Shown here in pieces: positions 62,386 to 64,000 of a stretch of DNA of 64,000 nt. The translations under genes and the position numbers were made by a program. Source of the stretch: Tubulanus polymorphus (Eukaryota; Animalia; Nemertea); assembly GCF_964204645.1 (NCBI RefSeq), contig NC_134034.1, forward strand, positions 10,490,962 through 10,554,961, written 5' to 3'. Each line of letters begins with the position of its first letter. Position 1 is the stretch's first letter. The notes under the pieces are model-generated. The model made no database searches and was not told the origin of the DNA. It saw only the letters and a program-made list of their open reading frames with translations.

Positions 62386-64000
62386 GTAGTCATGTTTCAT
62401 GTTTACCACTACACTGATATATTTGATGATGGCTGTTGGCCCGCGCTCTTGTTTTGATGGCTGATTTTTTCAAATGATGGTTCTAGGGATTGTTGTGAGA
62501 ATTTTACTGCCATTTTGATAAGGAAAATCTTGCACGTAATAAAACATAATATAAAGGGAATGTATAGGAATTCCGTATGCACTGAATTTTGACTAGAAAA
62601 AGGGAATTTTTTTTTTTTACCAGCCTGGTAAAGTTATGGAAATTTTTTTTTCTTTTTTTTTCTCTACGGCTATGGAAAAGGTATGGAGAAACAGAAAATG
62701 GTCTCAAAATAAATTCTATTTTGAATTTTAGGTTATATGCCTGAATGACTGACTACACATTTGATAACAAACTTTTTTTTTTTCTTTTTTTTTCTCTACG
62801 GCTATGGAAAAGGTATGGAGAAACAGAAAATGGTCTCAAAATAAATTCTATTTTGAATTTTAGGTTATATGCCTGAATGACTGACTACACATTTGATAAC
62901 AAACTTTATGAAAACGCTTTAACACTTTATTGATAATTGGCACTTATTTACTTTGATTGGGCCTACATTGCCTGTTCTAAGTTGGCGCTGTATAACTCAA
63001 GGGTATGGAATAGTCATAATCTGGGTATGGAAAGTCAAATTGAATGTATAGGAATTCCGTTTTCACTGTGGCAATTTTATTTTGTTTATCTCCATTCATA
63101 GGCGCCAAAGTCTCCGAATAGCTCGGGTTTCGCTTGGATTTGGATCCACATGCGCCACCTCTCGCCGCTTGACTGGTATGAAGTTCAAAATTCGGACGGC
63201 GGCGTCTGCCCTTGCAGCTGCGGCCCGAATCCGGCCGGGATTCTTTCGAATCGGGGTTGAATATGATTCTTTTCGTCGGCTTCTCGCCAAATTCGGAAAT
63301 ACGACTCGTCGAAATCGCGTTTCATTTCTTTTCGTATATTTTCGTCCATACATTCTACTGAGGCAGCAGCAATTTATACGATTCTGTATCTACATATACA
63401 CGTTTAGTTTATACGTATGAAATGCCGTAATGACGATACTTGACGGCTTAAGACGTCATACATGTGTGCGTGTCGGGTCGCATTGCTCAAAAGTCGGTTA
63501 ATCTTTCGATCTTGAAGATGGTAAATGTCCCTCTCCTATTCGTTCGCTTGATTTCGATTCGATTCGGTGGTGTCCATGATAGTCAGTAACCTGTCTGTGG
63601 TTTAGTTTCACGATCGGATATTAAGCCCATCCGATAATAAAAAGCTTACCGCCAACGATTAGGTAACTAACTATGTCCATAATGAACCCGCCAGTCGGGA
63701 GTGAAACGGGGGGGGGGGGGTTTGATTTCGAAATCGGGAATCAAAATACAGGATATATATAAAGAAGTATTTCAACGTACAATTTTTATCGTCGTTTCGT
63801 CAAAGTTTGCCAACGGATAACTGTAACCAACTTTTGAGTAATTGAAGCCGGGTGTGAATGGTTAGGGCCTTTCGGATAGAATGGCGCCTCCGTAAGCCTT
63901 ATCAGGGTCCGATCTAAGGATTAAAAGCCACTCGCCCGTGGGCTAAGCGTATCTGAAATTTCATTTGCCCCCTCTCAAAAATCAACCGCGGCCTTCACAA

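Noticed and set aside
61345-62500. Minus-strand coding remnant (HHFAPL resembling an OTU/vertnin-like His motif) and the 178-aa plus-strand ORF
   Set aside because: Multiple stops and only a 6-aa resemblance; the long ORFs are produced by the 63-bp repeat.

Overview
Intron-rich, repeat-rich animal genomic DNA, probably a bilaterian invertebrate (no obvious CpG depletion, many MITE/SINE/LINE remnants). Three + strand genes can be built by hand from GT-AG splice sites. (1) A complete 16-exon WDR75/UTP17 gene, 3296-15135, about 885 aa. (2) A 4-exon, 73-aa microprotein gene, 15473-16813, represented in the ORF track only as a mis-framed fragment. It matches ASDURF, the prefoldin-like PAQosome subunit that in mammals is the uORF of ASNSD1. 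Here it lies 337 bp after the WDR75 stop, no ASNSD1 ORF follows it, and a Bcl-2-family gene follows instead. (3) An anti-apoptotic Bcl-2/Bcl-xL-like gene: BH4-BH3-BH1-BH2 exon 18047-18511, a 33.8 kb phase-0 intron at the GGW| position used by vertebrate BCL2/BCL2L1, and a TM-anchor exon 52312-52440. The rest is non-coding: a truncated Penelope-like element with a minimal hammerhead ribozyme, LINE 3' ends, tRNA-derived SINEs, piggyBac/Harbinger/pogo-like MITEs, and many minisatellites, some carrying CTCF-like or CCAAT+octamer motifs. Most other ORF-track entries look spurious. All homology calls are from recalled sequences, not database searches.
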